From positions 1,922,001-1,986,000 of the forward strand of contig OZ316896.1 in NCBI GenBank assembly GCA_973895155.1: a stretch of 64,000 nucleotides of DNA. Reading direction: 5' to 3'. A program made the translations under genes and the position numbers. How positions within the stretch are numbered: the stretch's first letter is position 1; each line of letters starts with the position of its first letter. The stretch is from Marsupella aquatica. Lineage: Eukaryota; Plantae; Marchantiophyta. The notes beneath the pieces were generated by a model. That model worked only from the letters and a program-made list of their open reading frames with translations. It made no database searches and was not told the origin of the DNA. This document shows positions 22,937-35,673 of this stretch, piece after piece.

Positions 22937-25900
22937 GGCATGAAGAAACTGTAAAGGCTTTTGTGAGTTTTTGCTTTGCTAGGATTTATTTTCTACAATT
23001 ATGCCCACCTTGCTTTGAGGAACCATCAATCTAGGCATATGTAACTCAAATACAAAAGCTTTACCTTATAAACAAAATGGCCTAAAATCCTAGACCATTT
23101 TTTCACTACTATGTCACCTATTTGTAAGAGAGGAGCCATTTTTTTCCTAGGCAAACTTTAGTCTAAATCTATTTTACCTGGAAACTATTTTGGCTACTTG
23201 GAAAAAGAAGCCTGGAAAGATGTCAGATTTATCAAAATGGCAGGAGAGACTCACACAACCCACATGGACCTCAGCTAAACCCTCCTGTTTGCTCTGATGA
23301 TACATATTATATCACAGCTGACAGCAAAATGCTGCAAGAAAACAAGATAGTCGTCTCAAAATTGGAGCTCAGATTGACCCCCGCGTTTGCTCAAATTATT
23401 GGATATAATTTTGCAGCCTAGATGGACTGCAGCAAAACCCTCATTTTTTTGCTTATAAATATAGAACATATTACTCGGAAGTGCCCTATTGGGAATGTGA
23501 CACAGGACTTGGCCCATTTACATTAGCTGTTCAATTCATAAGCTTTCAAAAGCGTGGACAATCAAATCATACACTTCATTGAACACACTCACCCCAACCC
23601 ACAAGGGGTCATTCAGAAATCTTGGCATAGTCTGGGCATATACCTTAGACGGGACTGGGCACGACATTGAACCAGGATTAGGGCTGGAAAGATCACATTT
23701 GGGGATGCCCAACTTGAGTTCTCTCATGGCTTTGGTACTTGGGGAGGGCTTTGGGAAATCCATGAAGAAATATTGCAGGTCCCACTAGTCCCTCCACGTC
23801 CCCGTGAATTATTACTCTGGGACAGGTGTTTGGGGTTGCACTACGTAACAGGCAGACCGATAGGGTTTAAGACCTTATCACGGACCCACTGGAACCTGAT
23901 TCTCTAGGAGTGTGCTGTTCCCACTGTAGTTTCTAAATTGTTTGTTTCATTGCCCCTTTTCAGGGCTCAGCTCTTTGCCTGGTACCGGCCTCCCTGGTCT
24001 TAGCACTTTGACCTTTGGTCTTGTGGGCTGGTGTCTCTTTCTGGCCCCCCGTTTTGTATGTTGGCTATTTGAATGGAATTAATTTGGTTTTTTTGAGGGT
24101 GGACAATAAATCATTAGTACCTTTCTCAGTTCTTCATAAAACTAGAGATCTTAGAGTGGTTGAATTGATCTTGCCAAGAGCTTATAACCAGCTCAAGAAG
24201 AGCCAATTGAGTGGTCTGTCAAGGACAACATTGAAAGTTGAAACTAGAAGGAGTGAAGGTGTAAAAGGTGTCCAGCCCACGCCTGGGGTTGTATGGTTCA
24301 AGAGCAGCAGAACATATTTCCAGTCATCTTAGAAAATTGGTAGCTCTCTCAATTCTCAATGACATTTGGCAGGATGAGGCTCATTAGAACAGTTTTTTGA
24401 AGTTGCATCTTGTGGGCCTACAAATAGCCAATTTGTTTGAATAGCAAGGGGGACTAAAGAATAATGTTTTTGGTGAAATGTTTTTGAAGTGCAACAAAAA
24501 ATTAGAGGTGAAGGCATAATGGGTATCATGGTCCTACAGTGGGGGTTGGAGGGTTCACAAGGCTGTTCACAAGCTTGATCCATCCTGGCCTGGCATGTTG
24601 ACCCATTACAAAGGAGCCAATTAGCTTAAATAGGGTTTCCATCCCAAAGCTTTTTCTCACATAGGAATTCAAAGCATGCACAGGATCAAGGGATGAAAAC
24701 TTGCATTCAAACTAGAATGCTGTAGCTTTTGAGTAAAAAAAGCTCTACCTTCAAACAAAGACCATTTTCCCAGGATCACACCAGAGCTCAGAAGTTTGGA
24801 TGGAAATCCTTTCTGGTTTCATACAAAAGAAAATATTGAGATTTTGGCTCTAGTTTGATATTTAGGCTCCATTCAACTCACATTTGGAAATGTTATGAGC
24901 TGCCATAAACAAACTGGGTGTTGACACCAGCAAACAACAGGTTTCATGACATCCTAACTTGGCTGTCTGACACCTACTTCTTCTCCCTGTGACTGGAAAA
25001 TGGGCAACGAATTGCCAGGTTCATCCAACCTTCAACCTCACCATTCTAGATTAAACTCTTGATGCCAGGTTTGTATATCCAGAATAAGAGCCAACTCGCA
25101 TGTAGTAACCCACAATAGCACTTGTAAGACTATTAGAAGATTTTCTGTTGAACTTTCAGTTCAGCTTTGTGGTGGGCCCGAAAATGCCTCCAAATCTTTT
25201 TTCTGCACATAGGATTTCTGCTCATAAGATTCTGTGCATATGATTCTGAAAAATACAGTATTCTAAACTATAATACAATGTGCCGCCTTTTTATGCAATG
25301 GTAGTCATTCAAATTTGGAGTGGCTTTTTGGGTGAAAAACACAGAAACTGCAAAAAGTGGAAGGAATAAAGAACAAGTGAATATATTTAAAAGTAAATAT
25401 ACACAAACTTTTGACAGAAAAGGGCCAAACAGAGTACAAAAGAATAAACAAAAGAGTTCCCAAGTGGGCAAAACCAAATGCAAAAGAAATGAGCGGAAGG
25501 AAACCTCTAAGAACCAAGAAAGGGGAACTAAAAGTGATTGAAAAAGTGAATGCCCGTTTCTCCAAGCTAGAAGGAACAAGACAAAGTTCTCTTTACCATG
25601 CATGTATACAAATTAAGAGCTCTTCCGTCTACTATCCACCTTATAATCCTCCTCCCTCTACTATCCATGCTAGTTCTTAACTCCTTTTACCATCCATGCA
25701 ATACCATGCTCCTCTCTCTACCATCCATGCTATATCATCCATGCATACAGGTGCTACATAATGATAGTAGTTTAATTGCAAATATTACGTAGTCAATCAA
25801 GGAGGGCATAATCTAATCAATGAAAGAAAAAGGAGACCAAAAAGTAATAAAACAGAGGGAACCAGAAGGAAGGAAGGGGGGGGGGGGGCGGCGGGTATGG

Positions 25901-26009
25901 GGTTGGTTGTTAAGCTTTGAAAGGGAAAAAAATGATACAAACAAAGAAAATAATCATTCTAGCTTTGTTATACTTTGTTGGTTGATGTCGCCTCTTTTGA
26001 GTCGTGATA

Positions 26010-26789
26010 TCTTTTACTCAACTACATTTTTTATGCAATGAGATCTTTCTAACAAACAAAAACTTATACTCAAGCTATCTTTTGCAACATGGTAATTTTT
26101 CTCAACTACATCTTTAGCACAACGTATCTATTATGCATTGACATCTTTCAGTAAATCTTTTAGTTGACATGTTTTACATATGTGATGTAAGATTTAGTAC
26201 AATATGTGATTGTCTAAAAGATGTAATATGTAAGATTTAGTAAAAGTTTGTTGAAAGATGTCAATGCATAATAGATATTTACATATTACATGGTACAAAA
26301 AAGATGTCGTTAAGTAAAATATGTGATGTCAATGCATAATAGTCAAATCTTTCAACAAACATCTTTTAGTAAATCACATGTTTTGCGCAATGATATCTTT
26401 TTACTTAAAGACATCTTTTGAGCAACCACATATTTTACTTGACAACATCTTTTACCTACCAACATCATTTATTTAACTACATCTTTTGCACAACATCTTT
26501 TACTAAATGACATCCTTTGAGCACCACATATTTACTTAACGACATTTTTTGAGCAACCACATATTTACTTAATGATGTCTTTATAACTTAACTACATCTT
26601 TTACTTAACTACATCTTTTGTGCAAAGACATATTTTATTAACCACATCTTTTGGACAATCACATATTTTACTTAATGACATCTTTTTTGTAACAACATCT
26701 TTTACTTAAGGACATCTTTAATGCAACGACATGTTTATGCAACAACATCTTCTGTGCAACGCACGGGGATTGAATTCATACAATACTAG
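26010..26789 (+). mobile_element. AT-rich degenerate minisatellite ending in a Helitron-like 3' terminus
   Basis: Many acatctttt/ttacttaa motifs, then the hairpin ctgtgc-aac-gcacgg (26752-26766) typical of plant Helitron ends, and CTAG at 26786-26789. CTAG is followed by A rather than T, and the 5' end was not located. Confidence 0.45.
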
Positions 26790-26979
26790 AGAGAGGGCAT
26801 TTGCAACAGTTGAGCTTTTGTGACCAAACCTCTTTGGTCAGGGGCCTGGTTAAAATTGGCACAAAATGGGATATTCTCTGCCTGGTTAAAATTGGCACAA
26901 GATGGGATAGTCTCTCAAAATTGGAGACACTAAGAACGAGTCGGCAATGCGATCTTGGACGTCGGTATCGCGATAGATC

Positions 26980-27016
26980 TGGGCCGTTGGGGCTAGGGCT
27001 CTCTCCTGTAGGGTTT
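26980..27016 (+). promoter_or_regulatory. Site II motif plus telo-box upstream of RPL9
   Basis: TGGGCC at 26980-26985 and TAGGGTTT (reverse complement of AAACCCTA) at 27009-27016. This pairing is typical of plant ribosomal protein promoters. Confidence 0.6.
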
Positions 27017-27219
27017 GAGTCGAGACATGATCCTCGTTGGACACTTTGCGTGACCCTTTCCCGTCGTCTGCTTTTCTCGACCTCCATCGGGGTGAACGAC
27101 CGCTCGAGGCACCTCCATCGCCTCGGGCTTCGCTGCTGGTTCTGAGGCAGGTAGGCGCATATAGATTTCGACCAGAATTTCGATTTGGAGGAAGGAATTC
27201 GGGAGCAGCAGCAGCAACC

Positions 27220-28190
27220 ATGAAGGTCATTTTAGCAACCCAGACTATGGACATTCCGGACAATGTCAAGCTAGAGATAAAGGCGAAGCAGCTTCGCGTC
27301 ACAGGGCCCCGCGGGGTACTGACGAGGAATTTCAAGCATCTCAACCTCGACTTCCAGCTGATCGAAGGCGGCAAGAAATTGAAGGTGGATGCCTGGTTCG
27401 GGTCTAGGAAGACCATTGCTGCTATCCGCACGGCTATCAGCCATGTCAACAATCTTATCACCGGCGTCACCAAGGGTTACCGCTACAAGATGAGATTCGT
27501 GTATGCTCATTTTCCCATTAACGCTTCTATCTCGAACGAGAAGACCAGCATCGAAATCCGAAACTTTTTGGGCGAGAAGAAGGTACGTATGGGTTTACAC
27601 ATCCTGTTTACTGCTCCAGAGTCGCTTCTCTTCGCGCAACTGTAGAAATAGGGTTATGATTGTTGTTTAGAGTCTGTCTCATCTGCGGCAGAAACCGTGG
27701 ACCATGTATTGGCAACTCAAAATTGTGGAATTGGTCCTTTCCCTCAAAGATTTAGCCATCGAAGTTATATCTGTTTTCTTTTCTATGGTTGGTGTGGTCA
27801 GGTGCGTAAGGTGGATTTGCTCGCCAATGTGACGGTAACGAGGTCTGAGAAGGTGAAGGATGAGCTTGTGCTGGAGGGTAATGACATCGAGCTTGTTTCT
27901 CGATCCGCAGCTTTGATCAACCAGGCATGTTTCGTCCCTATACGAGTTCTAATTCCTTAGTTCATCACATGCTTTCTTCCCTGATTTTTCTTTTTGATTT
28001 CAGCCCACTAGTTGGAGGTGGCTGCCGATCTGTGTCGTCTCCGGTGACGTTCTCATTTTCTGTTTCGTTTCTGGTTTTTCCCTCAATGCAGAAATGCCAC
28101 GTGAAAAAGAAGGATATCCGGAAGTTTTTGGACGGTATTTACGTGAGCGAGAGAGCCACCATCGTCGAAGAGGGAGGGGAACAAAAGTAG
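27220..28190 (+). CDS. RPL9: 60S ribosomal protein L9 (uL6); exons 27220-27582, 27802-27924, 28092-28190
   Basis: [16 protein letters not shown]...[16 protein letters not shown]...IRNFLGEKK|VRKV...[16 protein letters not shown]|[20 protein letters not shown]. Confidence 0.97.
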
Positions 28191-29319
28191 ATTTGTTGAT
28201 CCTATCGTTTAGGTAGTTTTAATTCTTCTGGCGGTGGAGAGCCCATTACTGTTTCAATCATCCTGGTCCTGGTCAGGTTTATGAGAGAGCAGGGCGACAA
28301 TCGGGCGTTGGAAGAGCTCCATTTAACAATTTTCGCTATCTGTAAGTGTTCTTGTGTTTAAATAGCAGATAGTAGCCCAAGGAACTTTTTGCGATGGTGT
28401 CGGAGATCTGTAGATCGTTTGGCTGTTCTAAGAACGTCTAGGATGCATCTGACAGCCAGACTAATAGACGGCTATGGAGAAGGCACGGATCTTGCCCTAA
28501 TATCTGAAGAGTTGACATATAAATGGCTTGCATATCACATCAGTGCGACCCTTGCAACAAATGAGTTTTGGTGCCGAAGTCCTGACGGGGCGAGCTTTAA
28601 TTTGCCCTAGCTGTCAAAATAATGTTGTTCTCGTCAGAGGAGTTCGAGGTTTTGTCTTGTCAGTTAGGGCTACCATCGTCAAGTATGTACTGAGTGGTGA
28701 AAATCACCCAAAACTCAGATGGGACTCTATAACACTGATCCAACATGAGTCTCCCTCGCTAAAATCTTCCTATCAGTGCGGAGCTCTCCTTTCTAATGAA
28801 GTTATTTGTAGTGTACTTCTCTTCAAAATGTCGAATATTGCTCACACGCGAGGCCCGGGGCCGAAATCCAATTGCAAACTTTGGGGTGGTATGAACAACT
28901 CTCACCTGCGTATTGCAATACACAAAGCTCTGAATCCGGAGTGTTTCCATCCACTAAAAGAACACCTATTACTCGCGACCTAACGCTGCGCTACTGTTAC
29001 TCGTGACCTCAAGCCGTATAAGAAGAAACTGTCGGCCGTGCGCGAACGGAAGTAGAGAATAGTTGAGACTTCTTCGTCGCAAATACTCGCAGAGATGGAA
29101 ACAGGAAACGAAACAGGAAACCCACCGACTTCCTATCGGTAGACGACAGACATCCCACACATATTAAGCAAGCTAACAAGATTCAACCATCAACTTACTG
29201 CCCTGTCAACACTCGGGATTATGTCTACACCTTGAAAGGTTGCACTACTATCTTTAGATTATCAGGCAAGACCTAAGTTGAGTTGGGCCCTACAAGCATT
29301 TCAGTAATGTTGATGATAA

Positions 29320-29463
29320 TCGTGAGTAGAGAAATGATACACCCTGAATCCTCTTCTCTGGGTTATCGGGATCGACCAAATCTTTGCATGGTTCGTGAGT
29401 AGGGAAATGATACACCCTGAATCCTCTCCTCTGGGTTATCGGAAAAGACCAAATCTTTGCATG
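29320..29463. repeat. Two-copy 73-bp tandem duplication upstream of acylphosphatase
   Basis: tcgtgagtag(a/g)gaaatgatacaccctgaatcctc...gaccaaatctttgcatg at 29320 and 29393. Confidence 0.85.
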
Positions 29464-29607
29464 ATAAGTATGTCTTCTTTGTGTCTACCTCTGTGCTATG
29501 ATTCTACATACTTTTAGATGGTTTCTATCAATCTACTTGGTGAACGGCAATCTAAATGCTCTTAGCGAAGCTGTTATTGTGCACTTTCGGCCCCTGGTAC
29601 TCGGATA

Positions 29608-30120
29608 ATGTCTTTGGCGCCATCGTTGCTCTCAACGCGTCCTCCTTACCGGATTGTCCGGGACTTTAATGCGGAAAGCCCATCAGACTGTGGGCACCGA
29701 GTGTTGTCGTGCTCTGCACTGCGGTGTGATGATAATCTCGGGAAGTCGATATTTCGTTCTCTCGCTGGTGCTGTGAAGATGAGTAGCACACCCGGCGAAC
29801 ACCCCTCCGTGGCCTCCAAAGACGGTGATGCGGAGGACGCCACTAAGACAGTTCAGGTGATCATCAAAGGAAAAGTTCAAGGGGTATACTACCGCAACTG
29901 GACAGTGGACACTGCGCGGCAGCTTGGTGTGAATGGATGGGTTAGAAACTTGAAAGATGGCTCAGTAGAAGCTGTGCTGTCTGGCAAATCTGCTGTCGTG
30001 CTCTCTCTTATTCAAAAGTGTCATCAAGGACCGTCGGCAGCCAGAGTCAGTACTGTGGAGACATCAGCCTGGACAGAGGAAGTTCCTCAGGGATTTGAGC
30101 GTAAGCCAACTATGTGGTGA
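29608..30120 (+). CDS. ACYP: Acylphosphatase with N-terminal extension (probable transit peptide), intronless
   Basis: [14 protein letters not shown]...[17 protein letters not shown] acylphosphatase signature with the catalytic R and N. Confidence 0.93.
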   Translation: MSLAPSLLSTRPPYRIVRDFNAESPSDCGHRVLSCSALRCDDNLGKSIFRSLAGAVKMSSTPGEHPSVASKDGDAEDATKTVQVIIKGKVQGVYYRNWTVDTARQLGVNGWVRNLKDGSVEAVLSGKSAVVLSLIQKCHQGPSAARVSTVETSAWTEEVPQGFERKPTMW

Positions 30121-30780
30121 GATGACAACCCTTCTGAATTGTGTGTACACCCATCAAAAGTGATCCCAATTTAGTTGTACGATAGGGCCCAGTCTTGTCT
30201 ATCCTGTGGAGCAAATGTGCTTATGCCAATGAGCTGGTTACAGTTAGGAAAAGCAACAAAACGAAAGTGCAGATTCCAAGAAATCTTTGCGCAGCGTGAG
30301 ACCTAGCATTCTATTTTCTGCCCTCTCCATGGTAATGCACATGAGAAGATGAACAGAAAACCTAGGATAGGTTCCGACGGTCAGCGTAGCAGTGCGACTA
30401 GCAGCAGACGATTGTGTAAACCGAAACGAAAACTCCTTCGCAAGGGGGCCGCGAAATCCAGATTGTTCCAGGTTTCCTCCTTTCACCACCGAAAATATGT
30501 GGCCACATTACGAACAACTCTTATATACCGACGAAATTGAACCAGGAATTGGACTCGAGATTGGCCTGGCTACTTACGAGCCACATCCAACAGGATTGCC
30601 TGTAACCTAATTACTGACAGTAGGCCTCAAGCGAACCTTTTCGTGCATTGTTTCTCACTTTGAGTGGAGTTCTCTTCAAGGAGATCACTGCGGATGTAAG
30701 CACCAAGAAAGGGATTGCGCTTCCACACGGCAGCTAGGTAGCAAGGAACTGGTCTTCTCAGTTTGCATGACGTGAATGGG

Positions 30781-32583
30781 ATGGCACTCAGATCTCTGAG
30801 ATCACGTTGGCGTGATGGAAGTTTAGCAGGGGATTTTGTGGGCAGATTCCTGAACTCCTCTTGGGGTTTTAAAGGACGGGGAGCAAGACTTGATTTTTCA
30901 CGCGAGAGAATTGAGGTTGCGTGTTTCTTCAAATATGCAAAATTGGACAGTTATGGAAGATTTGCAGTGAATGCTCGAGCTGTTGGGCATCGTTCCTTTC
31001 CTGGTTTAGAACGAGGAAGAGAGTACTCCTTCGGGAGCTACGGAATTTCGGTCGAAGGAGGTTTCCAGAGCTGCAGCAATGTGAGGTATGTCTCAGGGGT
31101 ATCTTGGCAGGACGCAAATGAAGCGCCTCGGTTGTTGGTTGTCCAACCTCGAATTCACCCCCTTCCCGTACTCAAGGCGAAGCTTCTGGAGGCATTGAGA
31201 CTTGCAGATTCACTCGAAGACTCCAGACAACAGCAACAAAATAGCAGCCGGAACCAGAAGAAGCAGTTGTTGCCACCTTACGTCTTGGTGCAGAGCCCTT
31301 CGTCATCCGGCAGATCTTCTTCTTCCAAGCGTTTGCAAGCGAAGGCGTACTTTGGAGCTGGTACCATAGACATTATTCGTGCCCATGTTGACGAAATTTC
31401 GTCGCAAGGACGAATTGATGCAGTGTTTGTCAATGTTCCCCTTTCAGGCGTTCAACAGCGAAATCTCGAGGATGCATGGGGAAAACCTGTGTTTGATAGA
31501 GTAGGCTTGATTATAGAAATTTTCGGCGCCCATGCAAAAACCAAAGCTGCCAGACTCCAGGTGGAATTGGCGTCATTGTATTATAAGAGATCCCGGCTTG
31601 TGCGTGCCCGAGGAAGTAGTGGAGCTCGATTAGGTTTTGGTGCCGGTGGAGAATCTCAAGTTGTTAGTGCTCGTGGGCGGGCAACTGGAGCCATAGGTGG
31701 AGCTGGAGAAACTGAAATTCAGTTGCAAAGACGTCGAGTTGGAGAAAGGCAACACCGTCTGAAGCTGCTACTAGCTGAAGTGGATCGGACCCAGTCGCTC
31801 CATCGTGCTGCTAGGCAAAGGCAAGGACAGTACGCAGCTGACCATGGATCCCGCCTTCCTGTAGTGGCAGTCGTGGGGTACACAAATGCAGGGAAGTCGT
31901 CACTTGTGGCAGCATTGTCTCAAAGCAGCTTGTACATCGATGATAAGCTCTTTGCAACGCTGGACACACGGTCCAGGAGGGTCGTCCTCCCTTCAGGCCA
32001 GAAAGTCATCCTGAGTGACACTGTGGGGTTTATATCTGACTTACCAACTCAGCTTGTAAAAGCATTTCAATCAACATTGGACGAGGTTGTTGAAGCGGAT
32101 TATTTACTGCACGTGATAGACAGTAGTGCCCCAAACGCAAGTGACCAGCGAGAGGCGGTCTTACGAGTTTTGGAAGAGATTGGCACTCCGAAGCATAAAC
32201 TTCAAAATTGTCTGATTGAAGTGTGGAATAAGGCAGATTTGGCAGGAGGGGGCCAGGAAATCAGCAGAGCTTTGGGTCTTGAAGAAAACAAGAATAGCAG
32301 TGAACTCCATTATAATGGACAGAACTCATCTCAAGAAGATGAGTTGATTGTAGATACTGATCACGAACAATCTCATTTGATCCAAGCTGTGCATGTGGGT
32401 GAAAACATTACCGAGGAGAGGACGGAGATTTTGGGTATCGAGTGGTGTAATGAAGGCGTGTCATGTGTTGCAACTTCGGCACGCACAAAAATGGGTCTTA
32501 AGGAGCTTTGTCACCTTCTTGACAGAAAGCTACCTTGTGAAGTGGGAAGACAACCAGAAGTAGAAGTGGAGGGATCTTTTTGA
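30781..32583 (+). CDS. hflX: HflX-family GTPase, probably organelle-targeted, intronless
   Basis: DRVGLIIEIFGAHAKT...LQVELA, GAGETEIQLQRR, G1 GYTNAGKS, G2 FATLD, G3 DTVGF, G4 NKAD. First in-frame ATG at 30781. Confidence 0.93.
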   Translation: MALRSLRSRWRDGSLAGDFVGRFLNSSWGFKGRGARLDFSRERIEVACFFKYAKLDSYGRFAVNARAVGHRSFPGLERGREYSFGSYGISVEGGFQSCSNVRYVSGVSWQDANEAPRLLVVQPRIHPLPVLKAKLLEALRLADSLEDSRQQQQNSSRNQKKQLLPPYVLVQSPSSSGRSSSSKRLQAKAYFGAGTIDIIRAHVDEISSQGRIDAVFVNVPLSGVQQRNLEDAWGKPVFDRVGLIIEIFGAHAKTKAARLQVELASLYYKRSRLVRARGSSGARLGFGAGGESQVVSARGRATGAIGGAGETEIQLQRRRVGERQHRLKLLLAEVDRTQSLHRAARQRQGQYAADHGSRLPVVAVVGYTNAGKSSLVAALSQSSLYIDDKLFATLDTRSRRVVLPSGQKVILSDTVGFISDLPTQLVKAFQSTLDEVVEADYLLHVIDSSAPNASDQREAVLRVLEEIGTPKHKLQNCLIEVWNKADLAGGGQEISRALGLEENKNSSELHYNGQNSSQEDELIVDTDHEQSHLIQAVHVGENITEERTEILGIEWCNEGVSCVATSARTKMGLKELCHLLDRKLPCEVGRQPEVEVEGSF

Positions 32584-33312
32584 GGGAGATCTAGGGTGGC
32601 GAACATCGTTTCTGAATCTGAACTGCACTGGCAATGTATTACGACAACTTTATCCGTGATGTCATCATGATACTTTTCTAGTTGTGGAACTGAACATAAA
32701 CAGAATGTCTCGCTGTTAAATTCACGGAAGAGGACCATTCGTGACTTGTCCGTCTCATAAACTATATTGGGCACTAGCAGCTCGTGTGCATATGGGCCGC
32801 TGGAAGACCCTGCTGCAGATCATAACGGCATGGTCTTGGGATTGGTCCTTGAAAAGGGGAAAAGAAGCTGAATATGAATCCTGCCCGTTGTCATGGACAC
32901 TAGAATTCACCCCGGAGGACACGTAAGAGTTACGATGTGCCATGCAAAGGCCAGAAAAACGTGGTAAGCCTTTGACAGTCACTGCTTCATATGCTGGTGA
33001 CAAGGGGCTTTTGATGGCTATCGAAGATCTTGGACAGTACAGAAACTTACTTGCACCTTTGTTTCGAGCACTGGTTTTTGGACGAACTGAACTTCTGGCG
33101 ATAAGCAGGTTGGAAATTCTACCAAAAGGTGAATAAGTCAATTTCATCACCATGCCTCATTCGGTTTTATGCCTCGTTTGCTCCAAGCTTTCAGTGTTTG
33201 GAAGGGCGTTGGGCACTCTGCTTGAATGATTCTGTTTACTGAAGCAATTTACGGTGCTTCCAAGAGGTGAGAGCTGCGTGTTGGATCAGGCTTCCAAGCC
33301 CACCAGTGAAGC

Positions 33313-33740
33313 TGTAGATGAAAACAAACTGTCACAAATTTGTTCCTCTTCTGAACTTGTCCGACAATGTCTCATAATTCTTTCTAGTAGACACAGGAAA
33401 CAGTGAAGGAAGTCTCTCCATTGATCCATTTCTAGATTCTGTAATGCGCTAGTTTACATGTCTCGGTCAAAAAGCGAATAGACACAGATCTAGATTTCCT
33501 GATCTGAGTGACGATTTTTTAAGACACCTGTAGATGACAACAACCTGTATTCCAAATCTGTTCTCCTTCTGAACGTGTGCGACAGTGCCTCTTAATTCTT
33601 CTCGTAGAAATAGGAAACGGTGAAGGAAGCTCCATTAGTCCAGTCTTAGATTCTGTAATGCGCTTGTTTACATATCTTGGTCAAAAAACGAAAAGACATC
33701 TAGGTTCTCCTGATTTGAGTGTAGATTTTTGACGATACCT
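33313..33740 (-). repeat. Two diverged ~215-bp tandem copies, each bounded by GT...CAG on the minus strand
   Basis: Both copies (33313-33527 and 33528-33740) share ctgtagatga, gtgaaggaag, tagattctgtaatgcgc and ggtcaaaaa. Confidence 0.75.
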
Positions 33741-35673
33741 ATCTCAGAGCATCATACATTTCAAGGAAGCTGCTAGTTGAGTTGTTTGTTTCATTTAATG
33801 AGGAAATGTCAGATATGAACTTCACGTTGTGAGGTTGCGCACCACGAAACACCTGAACGCGCTTCAGAAACATCAACACTGTACTTGCATAAGAGTTTCG
33901 CATGGGCAAAGAAACTTGCAAGCGGGTTACTGCTGTGCATACTTGGATGTGGATAGGTAGGGCCAGCATCAGAATGTATGAATGAATCCTTTCAATTTTC
34001 GACAGGGGAACAATTATGTGAAACGGAATTAGTACCTGCCATAGTCCATCGAAGAGATTATATATCAGGTCTTCAGCAAACTAAGGAGACAGTCTAACAA
34101 GTAAAATGACCCCCAACCTGCAGCAGATCTAATTCACTGCCTAGTGCGACGTCATTTGAATGGAAAAATATGATTGATCATTGAACTATCGTACTGCCAA
34201 TGGTTTCCTAAACTTTCTCTGTAGGGGATCCAAGAAGCCCAAAGGAAATATGCGGCCATGCAAAAGAGAACGAGCTGGTAATGATAACACTTCCCCAATG
34301 ACAATACTTCCATCACGATCTCTGCTTGTGCAACAATGCATCGGAACGAGCATGTTCCTATAAGACAAAGTACTCCATAAGTCCATGTAACTGCGCTTGA
34401 AATTGTGTACGTGGCGATTCATTGAGTTGTACCTCTCACCGGCTTGACCTGCCAGTTTCTGGGACGACAAAAGATGCGGACGGTCCACAAGGAGACCGCA
34501 CTCTCGGTGAATCAGTCGGTCATTACGAATTGAGGCTAGACGTGACGCTCTTTCTCACCTTCTCGCTGATTCGCCGAACATCAATCATCGAATCGCCCCG
34601 CCCATGCTGCTGTAATCCGAATCGGATGGTCCCGCCGAGTCGGCGATGACGCACATTCCACTCACCTCCTTTTGATGCTCAATCCTAGCTTCACACGTTA
34701 TCTGTTGAATTCGATTCTCACACGCCAATCTAGTCTTCTCATCGATTGATCCCAATCGCCATGCAAAACCTTCCTGGAGCGAATTACGATCAGCGCGAAT
34801 CTCGAAGCTCAAACTAACTACAGATTTTCGATTGAAAGAAGAAATCTCTCTATCGCGAATTTGTCCTCAGTTGGACCAGAGCAGCGTCGCTTCGCCACGA
34901 GTTCAAGGTGCCGAGGCTGACATCATGGACCGCTGTCTTTCTCGCAGCGTCTGACTGGCAAGTGGATAGAACATCAAATTGGTCTCCACCGGCGTGAGGA
35001 GCAACGAGACCATAAGGGTTCATTGATCAAATTTATGAAGGTAGCTCGAACGAACAATCGGTTCGAGCACAAGGATAAATTGTCTCGTGGCTTTGCTCGG
35101 ACGATAAGCTGCTTCAGTTTCTCCAGGCCGGCGGTACTTGCAGGGAGGCGGAAGGGATGCTACTATTACGTTGGCGTGATCATTGATGTCGACCCGGGGC
35201 GAGAGAATTGGGATTTTTAACAAGGCGCGGTTCAGCTCGCAATTTGCCGTTCCGATGAGCTCTGGCGTGTGGACCTCGATAATTGGAACTAGAAACGATG
35301 AAGTAGTGGAGAATTGATTACATTGAGGGATCGTCTAATCTCTTACTGTAATCCTCTGTCTCAGGAACAGCTAGGACGTCCTGATCACGTCATTGCGTAC
35401 GAGTGTGAAACCTATTGTTGAATTGGTTATGATCACAAATTCGTACTGATCAGAGACACGTTCGATGCGTGAAGCAAGTCTGATGAGACTGCGAAGGAGC
35501 CTAGTGAGCTGGATGTGCTAATTGCTCGCCATTCGTCCGTTCATTTAAGACTTTTGGGACGAATGTTGTACTAGGGCGCCAATTGGAACAGACACAGACC
35601 GTGAAGTTTCACGGATTAGAATTATTCTGCACACGGAAATGCTAGCATTCTAGACCATCTCTGCACGGAAGCA

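Noticed and set aside
22941-25600. Possible decayed coding or transposase sequence right of the Gypsy element
   Set aside because: Looks like a TE relic (22947-23020 resembles 12864-12935), but no protein motif could be recognised.
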